Source: Pelagomonas calceolata (taxonomy: Eukaryota). From it: a DNA stretch of 64,000 bases. Where the stretch lies: contig CAKKNE010000002.1 of NCBI GenBank assembly GCA_918797485.1, positions 2,604,001 through 2,668,000 of the forward strand, written 5' to 3'. The notes beneath the pieces are model-generated. The model saw nothing but the letters and a program-made list of their open reading frames with translations. It searched no databases and was not told where the DNA came from. The position numbers and the translations under genes are program-made. Positions 21,656-30,594 of this stretch are shown one piece after another (the stretch's first letter is position 1; each line of letters opens with the position of its first letter).

Positions 21656-22441
21656 ATGCAGGTGTCCCCGGCCCCGCGTGGCGGCGCGCCCGAGGCCAGG
21701 CCACGCGGTCCGCCCCAGAGGCCGTCGCCGGGAGCTGCGCCCGACGCCGCATCGCGCGGTCCGCCCCAGAGGCCGACTGGAGCCGCGCCCGACGCCCCAT
21801 CGCGCGGGCCGCCCCGGCGGCCGCCGCCCGGCGGCGACGCCACACGACGGAGGCCGCCGCCGCCGAGCAACCCGCCGCCGCGACCACCGGTCGAGGACGA
21901 CGCGCCGCCGGCCGAGGCCTTCTTCGCGCTCATCGAGTCGCGCGACGACCCCGGCGCCGGACCGCCGCTGATAAAACGGCGGCGGACGCGCTGGGCCGCA
22001 CGCCTCACGTACCTCGGCCTACTAGCCGCACCGGTCGTCTTTAGCATGATCATTTTAAACCGAAAGACGTCGTGGTTCACGGTCGAGGAGCGCATGCGCT
22101 ACGACGGCTCCGGCACGTACCCGCGGAATATCTACACGCCGAAACATATCTCGCATTGGTACTTCGTGGCCCTCGGCGGCGCCTTCATCTGGATCATGCT
22201 CACGCTGCTGGCCGTGCTGCAGTTGGAGCCGGGGCCCGGCGAAAAAGTGGACGAGGGCGAGGACGCGGCCTGGGTGCCCGCGCGCGACGTCAAAAAGATC
22301 GCGCCCTTGCCCTACGAGTCGGACATGTCCTGCGACGAGTCGGCCCTCTCCGGCGACGACGCCGCGCACCGGAAGTCGTCCGAGTGGGACAAGCGGCATC
22401 GACGGCGGATAGCGGGCACCAAAGTGCTGCCGACGAGGTAA
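21656..22441 (+). CDS. Hypothetical membrane protein (2 TM) with Pro/Arg-rich repeat N-terminus
   Basis: Hydrophobic segments YLGLLAAPVVFSMIIL and WYFVALGGAFIWIMLTLLAVL. Confidence 0.6.
   Translation: MQVSPAPRGGAPEARPRGPPQRPSPGAAPDAASRGPPQRPTGAAPDAPSRGPPRRPPPGGDATRRRPPPPSNPPPRPPVEDDAPPAEAFFALIESRDDPGAGPPLIKRRRTRWAARLTYLGLLAAPVVFSMIILNRKTSWFTVEERMRYDGSGTYPRNIYTPKHISHWYFVALGGAFIWIMLTLLAVLQLEPGPGEKVDEGEDAAWVPARDVKKIAPLPYESDMSCDESALSGDDAAHRKSSEWDKRHRRRIAGTKVLPTR
21704..21825 (+). repeat. Coding tandem repeat, 48-51 bp unit (RGPPQRP..GAAPDA.S), about 2.5 copies
   Basis: CGCGGTCCGCCCCAGAGGCCG at 21704 and 21755; degenerate third start at 21803. Confidence 0.8.
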
Positions 22442-22468
22442 CATCTAATTGAATGTGACACAAAACTA

Positions 22469-23458
22469 TTAATGAGAATGAGCGTAGCGCCAGGGCCCGC
22501 AGTAGCCATTCGAGCGCCGGTTGGACCCGTGGCACTTCAACTCCGAAGAGAAGCCGTCGTCCGGCGGCGCGTGGATCGACGCGTCGTACGCCTCGGAGTC
22601 CAGGAACCTCGTGGCCGTGAAGGGCGGGTGCGCCTCGAGCAGGTGAATGCCCGGCGTGCCGCCGCCCGTGTGGAGCCGTATTTTGCCGTGGATCTGGGGG
22701 TCCGCGACGATGCGCACGCCTTGTCCATAAAGTTCCTTCACGGCGTAGCAGGACAGGAACCAGCTGTACATGAACCGCGCGCGGTCGAGGGCCGCGCATT
22801 TCCCGTCCCGGGCGAGCGCGTCGACGCGCGCGTACGTCGTGAGGACCCGTTCCGCGCTCTTCCGGCTCCCGAAGAGGAAGACGGCGTCGGGCGGGTCGCT
22901 CGCCGCGTAGACGTACCGCGGCTCCAGGTTCGTGGAATGACGTATAGGTGACGTAAACTCAATATCCGCGCGTACGCACGCGACCCGGTCGAAGGCCTTC
23001 CCCCGTATTGATTCGCGCTTCGTCAGCGCACCATAGGCCGCCTGGAGCACGCCCCACCACGCCTCTATCCGCACCTCCAACGGATCCCGGGAAGACGAGT
23101 GGCGGTAGAGGCAAGATGTTTCTCGTGACCAAATGCACTTGCCTATTCGACTGGCGTTCCGCGCGTAGCCATGGGTAAGCTCGGCGCCGGGCCGGATGTC
23201 TATGAATGAAGGTTCCAGGGTGGCCGCCACCACGTCCCGTAACGCCCGCACCTCCGCCTCATTGTATATGTTTTTGTTGTAGTGCACGCCCTTGAGCAAC
23301 ACGAGCGTCTCGGAGGCGCCAAACGCGTCCACAACAAACTTCTTCGTCGCCCGCAGGCGCGCCTCGTCGACGTCGTAGGCCGCGCCCACGAGCAGGACGG
23401 CGGCCTCGGACGACGCCTCGGCGGCCCGCGCCGCGACGAGCAGGAGCAGTCCTCTCAT
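22469..23458 (-). CDS. Secretory-pathway hypothetical protein, possibly glycosyltransferase-like
   Basis: Signal peptide MRGLLLLVAARAAEA; FDRVACVRADIEF resembles a D.V.R.R.D motif of GT-like proteins. Confidence 0.5.
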   Translation of the reverse strand: MRGLLLLVAARAAEASSEAAVLLVGAAYDVDEARLRATKKFVVDAFGASETLVLLKGVHYNKNIYNEAEVRALRDVVAATLEPSFIDIRPGAELTHGYARNASRIGKCIWSRETSCLYRHSSSRDPLEVRIEAWWGVLQAAYGALTKRESIRGKAFDRVACVRADIEFTSPIRHSTNLEPRYVYAASDPPDAVFLFGSRKSAERVLTTYARVDALARDGKCAALDRARFMYSWFLSCYAVKELYGQGVRIVADPQIHGKIRLHTGGGTPGIHLLEAHPPFTATRFLDSEAYDASIHAPPDDGFSSELKCHGSNRRSNGYCGPWRYAHSH

Positions 23459-23598
23459 CCTATGCTCTCATGACGGCGCATGGATGGGTTGCGGCGCGCC
23501 GGCGGCACGCGCGCGGTGCGCGAGAGAGCACTGCGGCTGCCCGGTGCCGGTAAGGGCAGCTGTGCGGCGCGACAGGAGCTGGGAGCGCAGGCTGCTTG

Positions 23599-23619
23599 CT
23601 AGCGTCTTAAGGCCACTAG
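23599..23619 (+). promoter_or_regulatory. CTAG dyad element (GCTTG-CTAG-CGTCTTAAGGCCA-CTAG-C)
   Basis: Midway between divergent ATGs 23458 and 23747. Confidence 0.7.
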
Positions 23620-23746
23620 CTCTCAAGATGCTTTTGGAACAGGAAGCCGCCCGGAATCCAACGACGGCCTGCGCCAGAAAAAGCCCTCGACGCAGCCTCG
23701 GCGCAGCCCCACGCGCGACGGAGTCAAGGGCTGCCCACGGACGACC

Positions 23747-26254
23747 ATGCCAGATGAAGAAGCCAAGCCGCCCCCGCCGCCCGAGGCCTCCCCGAAAGGC
23801 CGCGGGCCGGCCCTCGCGCGCATGGGGTCGGCCTACACGAAGGCCGGCTCCAAGCTGCTGCTCAGTCCCCAGGAGAACAAGGCCGGCGCTTTACTAAAGA
23901 AAAGGATGCAGGCGCGCGCGTCGTCGGCACTTACACCAAAGGCGGGCGAGAAGCACGACAGCGCGCGCAGCGACGCTTCGAGAAAGCTCACGGGTCTACA
24001 ACGCGTCAACTCCAATTTCAAGGCCATTGTGGAGGGCACGACGGAGGAACATGATAGACTTGTGAAGAGGAGGGAAGAACTTGGGTCGTTATGGTACATG
24101 ATCCACCCTCTAGGCATGTTCAGAATAGTGTGGGATCTGGCGATGCTCTGTTTTGTGTGCTACATCACGCTCACGATGCCTTATCAACTCGCATTCAAGG
24201 CGGAGCCGAAAAATTGCAGCTGGACCTGGCCGGCAAAGACCTGCGAACCTCTAGCCGTCTTCGAGCGGCTGGTGGACTACTTCTTCATGGTTGATTTAGT
24301 AATTAACTTTTTCACGGGGTATGTCCAATCCGATGGCGTGGTCGTGATGTGGCCGGGCCCGGTCGCCAAGAACTACCTCAAGAGCTGGTTCACCCTAGAT
24401 TTCATATCGAGCTTCCCCTGGGACGCAATCCTCACCGCTCCCGGTTTTTCGCGCTTAAATTCGGCGCGCCTCCTGAAAATAGGTAGGTTGCTGAAGTGCA
24501 TGAAGATGTTGAGAATTGGAAAAGTTTTGAAGGTTTCAAGAGATAGCGGCGTGGCGGACTCCATGGAGGAGTTCATGGTGTCGCGGTACGCGATGGCGTT
24601 CGGAAGGGTGGTCGTGGTTATTTTGAGTTGTGGCTTCATCTGTCACCTGATGGCGTGCGGCATGGCCGGGAGCGGTCCTGGATTCTTGAGAAGATATAGA
24701 GTCGACATGCGGGACTGCGACGACCTGGACGATTATGATGCGCATAGCTGCGCCAAGTCCGCGAACGACTGGAGTCCTCGTAGAAGATACTTAGCAGCAT
24801 TGTACTGGGCCATGTCCACGATGACGACTGTTGGATATGGTGACATAACACCAGAATCGGATGGCGAAAGAGCGTATGCCATGGTGGGCATGGTGATCGG
24901 GGGCGGGTTCTATGGCTACGTGATCGGGATCATCGCTACGTTAGTAGCGGTTTCTGACGCGAACGCGCGGGCCTACAACGAAAAGATGGGCGTCGTGAAT
25001 GCGTGGCTCGAGTTTAACGACCTCCCGCGGGACCTGCGGAGGAAGGTGCGCTCTTATTTCAAGACGTTCCTGGCCGAGAAGTCAGCTTTAGACGAGCAGG
25101 CCATCTTGAATGACCTGGATCCGGGGTTGCGAGCGGAGTTAGGGCAACACCTCATCCCGGACGCCGTGCGAGCCGCTCAAGTTTTTAGTGGATTACCACC
25201 AACGGTTCTAGCCAAACTTTCGTCCTTGCTGAGACCGGTCCCGGCCGCGGTAGGAGATGTTCTGCAAGTACGAGGCACGCACGGCGTCACGATGCATGTT
25301 GTGGTGGCCGGTGCTGTAGAATTATCCTCGGACGAAGAGGCGGCCCGCTTGTTGTCGACGGGCCAAGCGCAACTGCATCCCAGTTCTGCACCTCCAGGAG
25401 CGTACTCGCCGACGCCAAACAACCCGGAAAGGCACTTCTTCCACTCGCCCCACGGCTGTTCCCAGCCGAATCCGGAGTCTCCGAGACCGTCCGAAATAAG
25501 ACCGAGGATAGCGAGGGCGGGCGAGACGTTTGGCGAGCTCGTCGTTTTAGATTTGGCGGCGAGCTACGCGGCGACGGCCGTGGCCTGCGAGCCCACTGCT
25601 TTATATATGATCGAGCAGGCTACGCTCTATGATAGATTCGCATCAATGCCCGAGGTCCTGAACAAGATGCGGCAGCGCGCCGCGCAGACGCACAAGGATG
25701 GCGTGTATTCCAAGCTGCCCGAGTCAGGGGAAGAGGCGCCTCAAGTACGAGCCAAGAACATGCGGTCTTCCTTAGTTGGTGGCGGTGGCGCTACCCTGCC
25801 TACGGGCTTCGCGGACACCATGCTTACTTTGTTATCTGATGTGCAAAGGAGACTAGCAACAATAGATCATCGCTTGGACGTGATGGAGCGGCGCATCGAC
25901 GGTGAGGATGAGGCGCCGGTGCCTGCGTCTCCTCAAACGCCGCGCGCCCCAACCTTGCAACCGTCCTCGTCGACGCCGACGACGCCGCGGCCGTCGCTCG
26001 CGGGCGCCGACGCGGAGCACTGGGCCGCGGCCTTGCGCACGCCGGCGCAGTCGCCACGGCCGGGACTAGTGAGAGCCAACTCGTCCTTCGCGCCGGCGTC
26101 GCCGTCGATGCGTCCGGGCGTCACGCGGTCCCAGTCCTACCCGCACCGCCAGGCGCGCCTTGTGCAGGGCGAGTCGATGCTAGGAAGAATAGCGGGCATG
26201 CTCGGGCGGCCCAAGTCGCCCAAGCCCTCGCCGGTCGCCGAGGAGGAGTCATAA
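23747..26254 (+). CDS. Voltage-gated K+ channel with cyclic-nucleotide-binding domain (EAG/HCN/CNG-type)
   Basis: IHPLGMFRIVWD, VAKNYLKSWFTLDFISSFPWD, basic S4, pore YWAMSTMTTVGYGDI, C-linker, GETFGE; probable in-frame intron 25354-25515. Confidence 0.9.
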   Translation: MPDEEAKPPPPPEASPKGRGPALARMGSAYTKAGSKLLLSPQENKAGALLKKRMQARASSALTPKAGEKHDSARSDASRKLTGLQRVNSNFKAIVEGTTEEHDRLVKRREELGSLWYMIHPLGMFRIVWDLAMLCFVCYITLTMPYQLAFKAEPKNCSWTWPAKTCEPLAVFERLVDYFFMVDLVINFFTGYVQSDGVVVMWPGPVAKNYLKSWFTLDFISSFPWDAILTAPGFSRLNSARLLKIGRLLKCMKMLRIGKVLKVSRDSGVADSMEEFMVSRYAMAFGRVVVVILSCGFICHLMACGMAGSGPGFLRRYRVDMRDCDDLDDYDAHSCAKSANDWSPRRRYLAALYWAMSTMTTVGYGDITPESDGERAYAMVGMVIGGGFYGYVIGIIATLVAVSDANARAYNEKMGVVNAWLEFNDLPRDLRRKVRSYFKTFLAEKSALDEQAILNDLDPGLRAELGQHLIPDAVRAAQVFSGLPPTVLAKLSSLLRPVPAAVGDVLQVRGTHGVTMHVVVAGAVELSSDEEAARLLSTGQAQLHPSSAPPGAYSPTPNNPERHFFHSPHGCSQPNPESPRPSEIRPRIARAGETFGELVVLDLAASYAATAVACEPTALYMIEQATLYDRFASMPEVLNKMRQRAAQTHKDGVYSKLPESGEEAPQVRAKNMRSSLVGGGGATLPTGFADTMLTLLSDVQRRLATIDHRLDVMERRIDGEDEAPVPASPQTPRAPTLQPSSSTPTTPRPSLAGADAEHWAAALRTPAQSPRPGLVRANSSFAPASPSMRPGVTRSQSYPHRQARLVQGESMLGRIAGMLGRPKSPKPSPVAEEES

Positions 26255-26262
26255 GATACTTA

Positions 26263-27201
26263 CTAGAGTTCCGTGTGATCGTTCCGGTGGTCGTACGCGA
26301 ATTCGACGGAAGACTTGTGGCACGTCTTGTAGTGCCAGGCCCAGAACTGCGTCGCGACGGCCAGATCCAGATCGGTCAGATTCGCACTATCAGCATCTTC
26401 CAACCCAGGAGCCTTGAGCGACGCCTGCTTTCTACAGCTGCGCGCCACCGGCTTGAACCACGCCGGCTCGCTCGTCGTCGCGTTCGGGTTCGTCAGGACG
26501 TCGGCTGCCGACGGCGCGAACTCGGACACGAGCCAGTCGATCTGCTTTTGAGGTAAAGCGAGCCTGCGCGCGTAGCGCCGCACGCCCTCGAGATCCCTCC
26601 GCGCTCTAGCTACTCTCAGCTCCTCCTGGAGCACGGCGTCCGGCACCTCGTCCACCTCGTCCTCCTCTTCAATCCTAGGGAACGGCGCCATGTCCAGCTT
26701 CATCAGTTGTAAGTCGCTAAACGCTAATCGCGCGGTCTGGAACTTCTTCAGGATAAGATTCGTTTCCTTTTCGCGACACCCGGTCTCCTCCGCGGGGAAC
26801 ATGCGCGACCCGCCCTGCGGCGTGCACACCAAGGACGCCACGAAGCTCTTGAGGGCCCAGATCCTCGGTTTCGAGGGCGTCAGGACCCAGACGCCGGCGA
26901 CGTGTTCGGGCGCGAGTTCGTTGAGGGCGGCGGTCGTAAACGCAGCTAATTCCTTGTTGGTGTTGCGCATCAAGCACGTGTTGATGACCAAACCTTGATT
27001 GATGGGCTCGCAGGGTTTTTGCAGTAAATCCGTCATCTGCTTGGCGTGCTTCTCGCTGAGGTGCTTCGTCAGCAGTTTCTTTACCGCCGGAAAGTGCTTG
27101 CGGCTGTACGGTTCTAGCTCGCAGGGCTTCTTGTCCGCGTCCTTCTTCGGCGGGTCCGCGGCGAGGGCGAGGGCCATCCAGGCCGCGAGGGCAAAGCGCA
27201 T
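26263..27201 (-). CDS. Hypothetical ER-lumenal protein
   Basis: Signal peptide MRFALAAWMALALA; C-terminal HTEL (HDEL-like). Confidence 0.65.
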   Translation of the reverse strand: MRFALAAWMALALAADPPKKDADKKPCELEPYSRKHFPAVKKLLTKHLSEKHAKQMTDLLQKPCEPINQGLVINTCLMRNTNKELAAFTTAALNELAPEHVAGVWVLTPSKPRIWALKSFVASLVCTPQGGSRMFPAEETGCREKETNLILKKFQTARLAFSDLQLMKLDMAPFPRIEEEDEVDEVPDAVLQEELRVARARRDLEGVRRYARRLALPQKQIDWLVSEFAPSAADVLTNPNATTSEPAWFKPVARSCRKQASLKAPGLEDADSANLTDLDLAVATQFWAWHYKTCHKSSVEFAYDHRNDHTEL

Positions 27202-27393
27202 GGCTGCTTGGGGCTCGCTGCCGCGCTGTGTTCGGAGGCTCGCTTGCAGTGGGGTGCTGCAGCGGCTGAGTTACGGCGAAATCGTCGCGCAATGTTGTTC
27301 TAGCGATAAAACAATAACAGATGAGCACAACCACAGCTGCCGAAGCGCAAGCAGGCTCGCAAAAGCACGCTGCAAAAGCTCAGGCTGTGATTG

Positions 27394-27415
27394 CTAGTGT
27401 CTTACAGTCCGCTAG
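27394..27415 (+). promoter_or_regulatory. CTAG dyad element (TTG-CTAG-TGTCTTACAGTCCG-CTAG-C)
   Basis: About 200 bp from each divergent ATG (27201, 27619). Confidence 0.75.
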
Positions 27416-27618
27416 CTCGGTTTTGGCCGCGCACCGCTGTTTCTCGCGACATACCGCCTCGTTGCGCGCTGTGAACAACGTTTGCAGGCGCCGACCCCGG
27501 CGCGGTACGCTGCGTGAACGCTACTCGCTCAAAGACAAGCAGCGGCTGAGTACCAAACGGACGTTGCTCAAGCACTGAAAACGCGCGCGCCGACGCGCAC
27601 ACCAAGAACAGAGCAAGT

Positions 27619-29238
27619 ATGGCCGACACCCCAGCACAAGCGGGCGCCACGACGACCCTCGGCTACCTCGCGGACCGCAGCGCGCAGCTCGCGGCATCGC
27701 TGCGCGAGGTCGAGGCCGAGATTTTGAAGGGCCAGGGCGCGACGTCGCTCGCCGACGCCTCGCGCGGGTCCCACGCGCGCGTCGCGCGGCTGCGCGCCAA
27801 CCTGCGCGAGACCCTGCAGCCTTTGTTGGACGAGGCCGAGGGCGAGGGCCTGAGGGGCGACATCCTGAAGGTCGGCGACGAGGTCCGCGCTTCCGAGAAG
27901 CGCGTGGCGGCGCTGGAGCAGGTCGTAGAGTGCGAAGCGAGCATTGATGGCGCCGAGGCCGAGCTCGGGGCGGGGCGCGTCGTCGAGGCGTGCGCTGCGT
28001 TGGACGACGCCGGGTCGAAGCTGGACGCTTTAGATAGGGAGGCCCCCTACGCCGGGGAATTGAGAAGGCGCTTCGACGCCGCGGCGACGGGCGCCGAGAC
28101 GAGGTTGCGGGAGCTCCTGGCGCACGCGGTCACCGCGGACGAATCGAGGATTGCGGTCGAGGCCGCGGATGGCGTCGTCTGCGGCCGGCTCGCGGACCGG
28201 CCCGTCGCGACGTTCGAGTTGCTCACGGCGGCTCGGGCGCTCGGGTGCAGCGCCGAGGCTAGGATACTCGACGAGGTCGTCGAGCGGTGCTCGCCGTTCG
28301 TTTCCCGGTGTTTGACGGCGGGCAACCGCGACGCCCTCACGTCGGATGGGAGCGCGCGCCGCGTTCTAAAAGTGGACGCCGACGCCGTCACGGAGAATTC
28401 GGTTGATGCGGAGCTTTGTACCAAAAGAGCGCACCAGGTCGTCGCGTTCCTCGACGACGCTTTGCTCGGTAACGACGCTTATTTGCGGTCGAAGTTCCAT
28501 GCGAGTCTGGTGGCTCCATTGATCCTACCGGCCGTCGAGAAAGCGTTGGTGCGGGATCCGAGAGACGTGGCGCCGACTCAAAAACAGATGGCCGCGACGC
28601 GCCAGGCCGTCGAGGGCCTCGAGGCCGATTTGTGCGGGCGGGGCTACGGAAATGCGTCGTTGGTCAAGGCCTTGGACCACGCGGCGACGACGGCCGCCGA
28701 AGCGGCGCGGGCGCGAGTCCTGGACGAGGCGCGCAAGGCGTTGAGGGGCGACTGGCACAACGCGACGGAAGCCGAGTGCGCGCCTTTGGTGGACCGCGTG
28801 AACGAGGCCGAACCCGGCGAGGCCGCGCCGCCGCCCACGTTGTTGGTCTCGGCGGTCGTGCTGGACCTGGCGTCGATCATCGACCGCGCGGCGGACGAGG
28901 CCGCGTCGGCGCCCACGGCCGAAATGGCCTCCACCTTATTCTCGGGCGTGCGCCTTTCATTTGAACTCTTCCGCGGCTTCGCGTCGCTCCAAGACTGCTC
29001 GCGGTCGCCTAGATTAGCGCGGCTCCTGGCGAACGACTGCCTCTTCTGCGCGCGCCTCGCGGCGCGCGTGTCCGTCGACCGCGGGCCGGCCATCGGCCGC
29101 GCGGCGGCGCAGCCGCACCTATCCCTCGTGGACCAGATCGAGCCGCTGCGGGCGCTCGCGGACGGCTTCCGCGCGAAAGCCGACGACGACGTTTCGCCGC
29201 CGGCGCCGCCGGCCCTCCTCTCGGCCATCGCGGCGTAA
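27619..29238 (+). CDS. ZW10/Dsl1-like kinetochore and vesicle-tethering protein (short form)
   Basis: N-terminal coiled coil; SPRLARLLANDCLFCA and LSLVDQIEPLR.LA resemble ZW10 C-terminal motifs. Confidence 0.6.
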   Translation: MADTPAQAGATTTLGYLADRSAQLAASLREVEAEILKGQGATSLADASRGSHARVARLRANLRETLQPLLDEAEGEGLRGDILKVGDEVRASEKRVAALEQVVECEASIDGAEAELGAGRVVEACAALDDAGSKLDALDREAPYAGELRRRFDAAATGAETRLRELLAHAVTADESRIAVEAADGVVCGRLADRPVATFELLTAARALGCSAEARILDEVVERCSPFVSRCLTAGNRDALTSDGSARRVLKVDADAVTENSVDAELCTKRAHQVVAFLDDALLGNDAYLRSKFHASLVAPLILPAVEKALVRDPRDVAPTQKQMAATRQAVEGLEADLCGRGYGNASLVKALDHAATTAAEAARARVLDEARKALRGDWHNATEAECAPLVDRVNEAEPGEAAPPPTLLVSAVVLDLASIIDRAADEAASAPTAEMASTLFSGVRLSFELFRGFASLQDCSRSPRLARLLANDCLFCARLAARVSVDRGPAIGRAAAQPHLSLVDQIEPLRALADGFRAKADDDVSPPAPPALLSAIAA

Positions 29239-29329
29239 GCATACAGAAGATTTGCCCTTCGCACGTCGCGGCGGCTACCCGCAAGTGAGGCGCACTAGTA
29301 AGCCTGCGAGTCGGAACTACTACAGATGA

Positions 29330-30208
29330 TTACACTCCGGCCGTCGGCCGAGCTGCCCGTGGTGCGGGCGTGGCGAAGAGTGGGTGCGCGTCGATGCGCC
29401 CCTCCTTCCGCTCCTTAAAGAGGAGGTAGGTCTGCTGGGCGATCCACGCGCCCATGAAGACCCACATCGCGCCGCCTCGGCCCGTGATGAGCTCGTAGAG
29501 CCCGTAGCCGAAAATGACGAGACCGAAGAAGGCAGACGCGTAGATGCAGTACGCCGCGACCTTGTCTTGAGGTTTGCCGCACATCAATCCGATCGAGACG
29601 GCCATGACCGCCCCATCGAGCGGCCAGCACGGCACTATGGAATTGAAGAGGGCCATCAATATGTTCATATGGTACATCGTCAACGCTAACTCTTCGAACC
29701 AGTCCCAGCCGTACTTCTCCGCTACTTTCCTTTGATACCAGCCTTCTGCTAATTCACCTTCATCATGGAAGCCGGAGAAGGCCCACGCGAGGAATACCCA
29801 GAGTAATGTCATCGGGATATGGGTCAGCGGGCCGCTCACCGCTATTAAGAACCTTTCTCGAGGCGTCTGGCCGTCGACTGCTACGCTTAATAAACCGCCG
29901 AGCGGCCAGAGGAGTAGTTCTTGCGGGGCCGCGCCGCATCGACTGGCGGCCCACGCGTGGCCCAATTCGTGGACCGTCACCGTGATCCAGAGGAAGGGCC
30001 CGTAGACGCAGAGCACCAACAGGAAGCGAGCGAGGTTGCCGCCCGCCGCCAAGACGCCGAGACACGCCAGGCCCGGCACGATTAACAATAAACAGTGGGC
30101 CTTGACCGGGATGGCCTCGCCCTTCCCGCCGATCTTCGGCGAGAGGTGGATGGTCGTGAGCTTGATGCTCGCGCTGCCCAGTGGGACGCGGTCCATCTGG
30201 GCCGCCAT
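29330..30208 (-). CDS. Peptidase M50 (site-2 protease family) intramembrane metalloprotease
   Basis: TVHELGHAW, LWPLGG, IAVSGP, N...ALFNSIVPCWPLDG. Confidence 0.9.
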   Translation of the reverse strand: MAAQMDRVPLGSASIKLTTIHLSPKIGGKGEAIPVKAHCLLLIVPGLACLGVLAAGGNLARFLLVLCVYGPFLWITVTVHELGHAWAASRCGAAPQELLLWPLGGLLSVAVDGQTPRERFLIAVSGPLTHIPMTLLWVFLAWAFSGFHDEGELAEGWYQRKVAEKYGWDWFEELALTMYHMNILMALFNSIVPCWPLDGAVMAVSIGLMCGKPQDKVAAYCIYASAFFGLVIFGYGLYELITGRGGAMWVFMGAWIAQQTYLLFKERKEGRIDAHPLFATPAPRAARPTAGV

Positions 30209-30335
30209 GATGCGAGGTGTTATTCTTCGTCCGGGCTGCCTCTACCTTCTGGAACCGCGTCCTGCGCAGTTTTATTTATGCCGGGCTGCCTCTACTCAGC
30301 AGCACGGGCTGGCGGAAACAAAAAACGAATGCGCG

Positions 30336-30356
30336 CTAGTGTCTTACGGACGCTAG
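30336..30356 (+). promoter_or_regulatory. CTAG dyad element (G-CTAG-TGTCTTACGGACG-CTAG-C)
   Basis: Between divergent ATGs 30208 and 30595; A-tract to the left, T-tract to the right. Confidence 0.75.
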
Positions 30357-30594
30357 CGTCCGTTTTTGCGATGAGAACGATGAGAACGAGGCGTTCACGC
30401 TCTGTGTTATAAGCGTAGGCTGCTAAATCATTCATACCCTCGGCCAGGGCCAGCTCTTTCGTATCGCCGAGAGGCATACGTGCCCCCAACTAGCCTCCGC
30501 AGCACAAGGACATTTTTTGCAGCCCGGACAACGCGGCGCGTAGTCATTAGCAGTCCAGACCTGTAGAGCTGAGCAGTGCAGAGATAAAAAGAAA

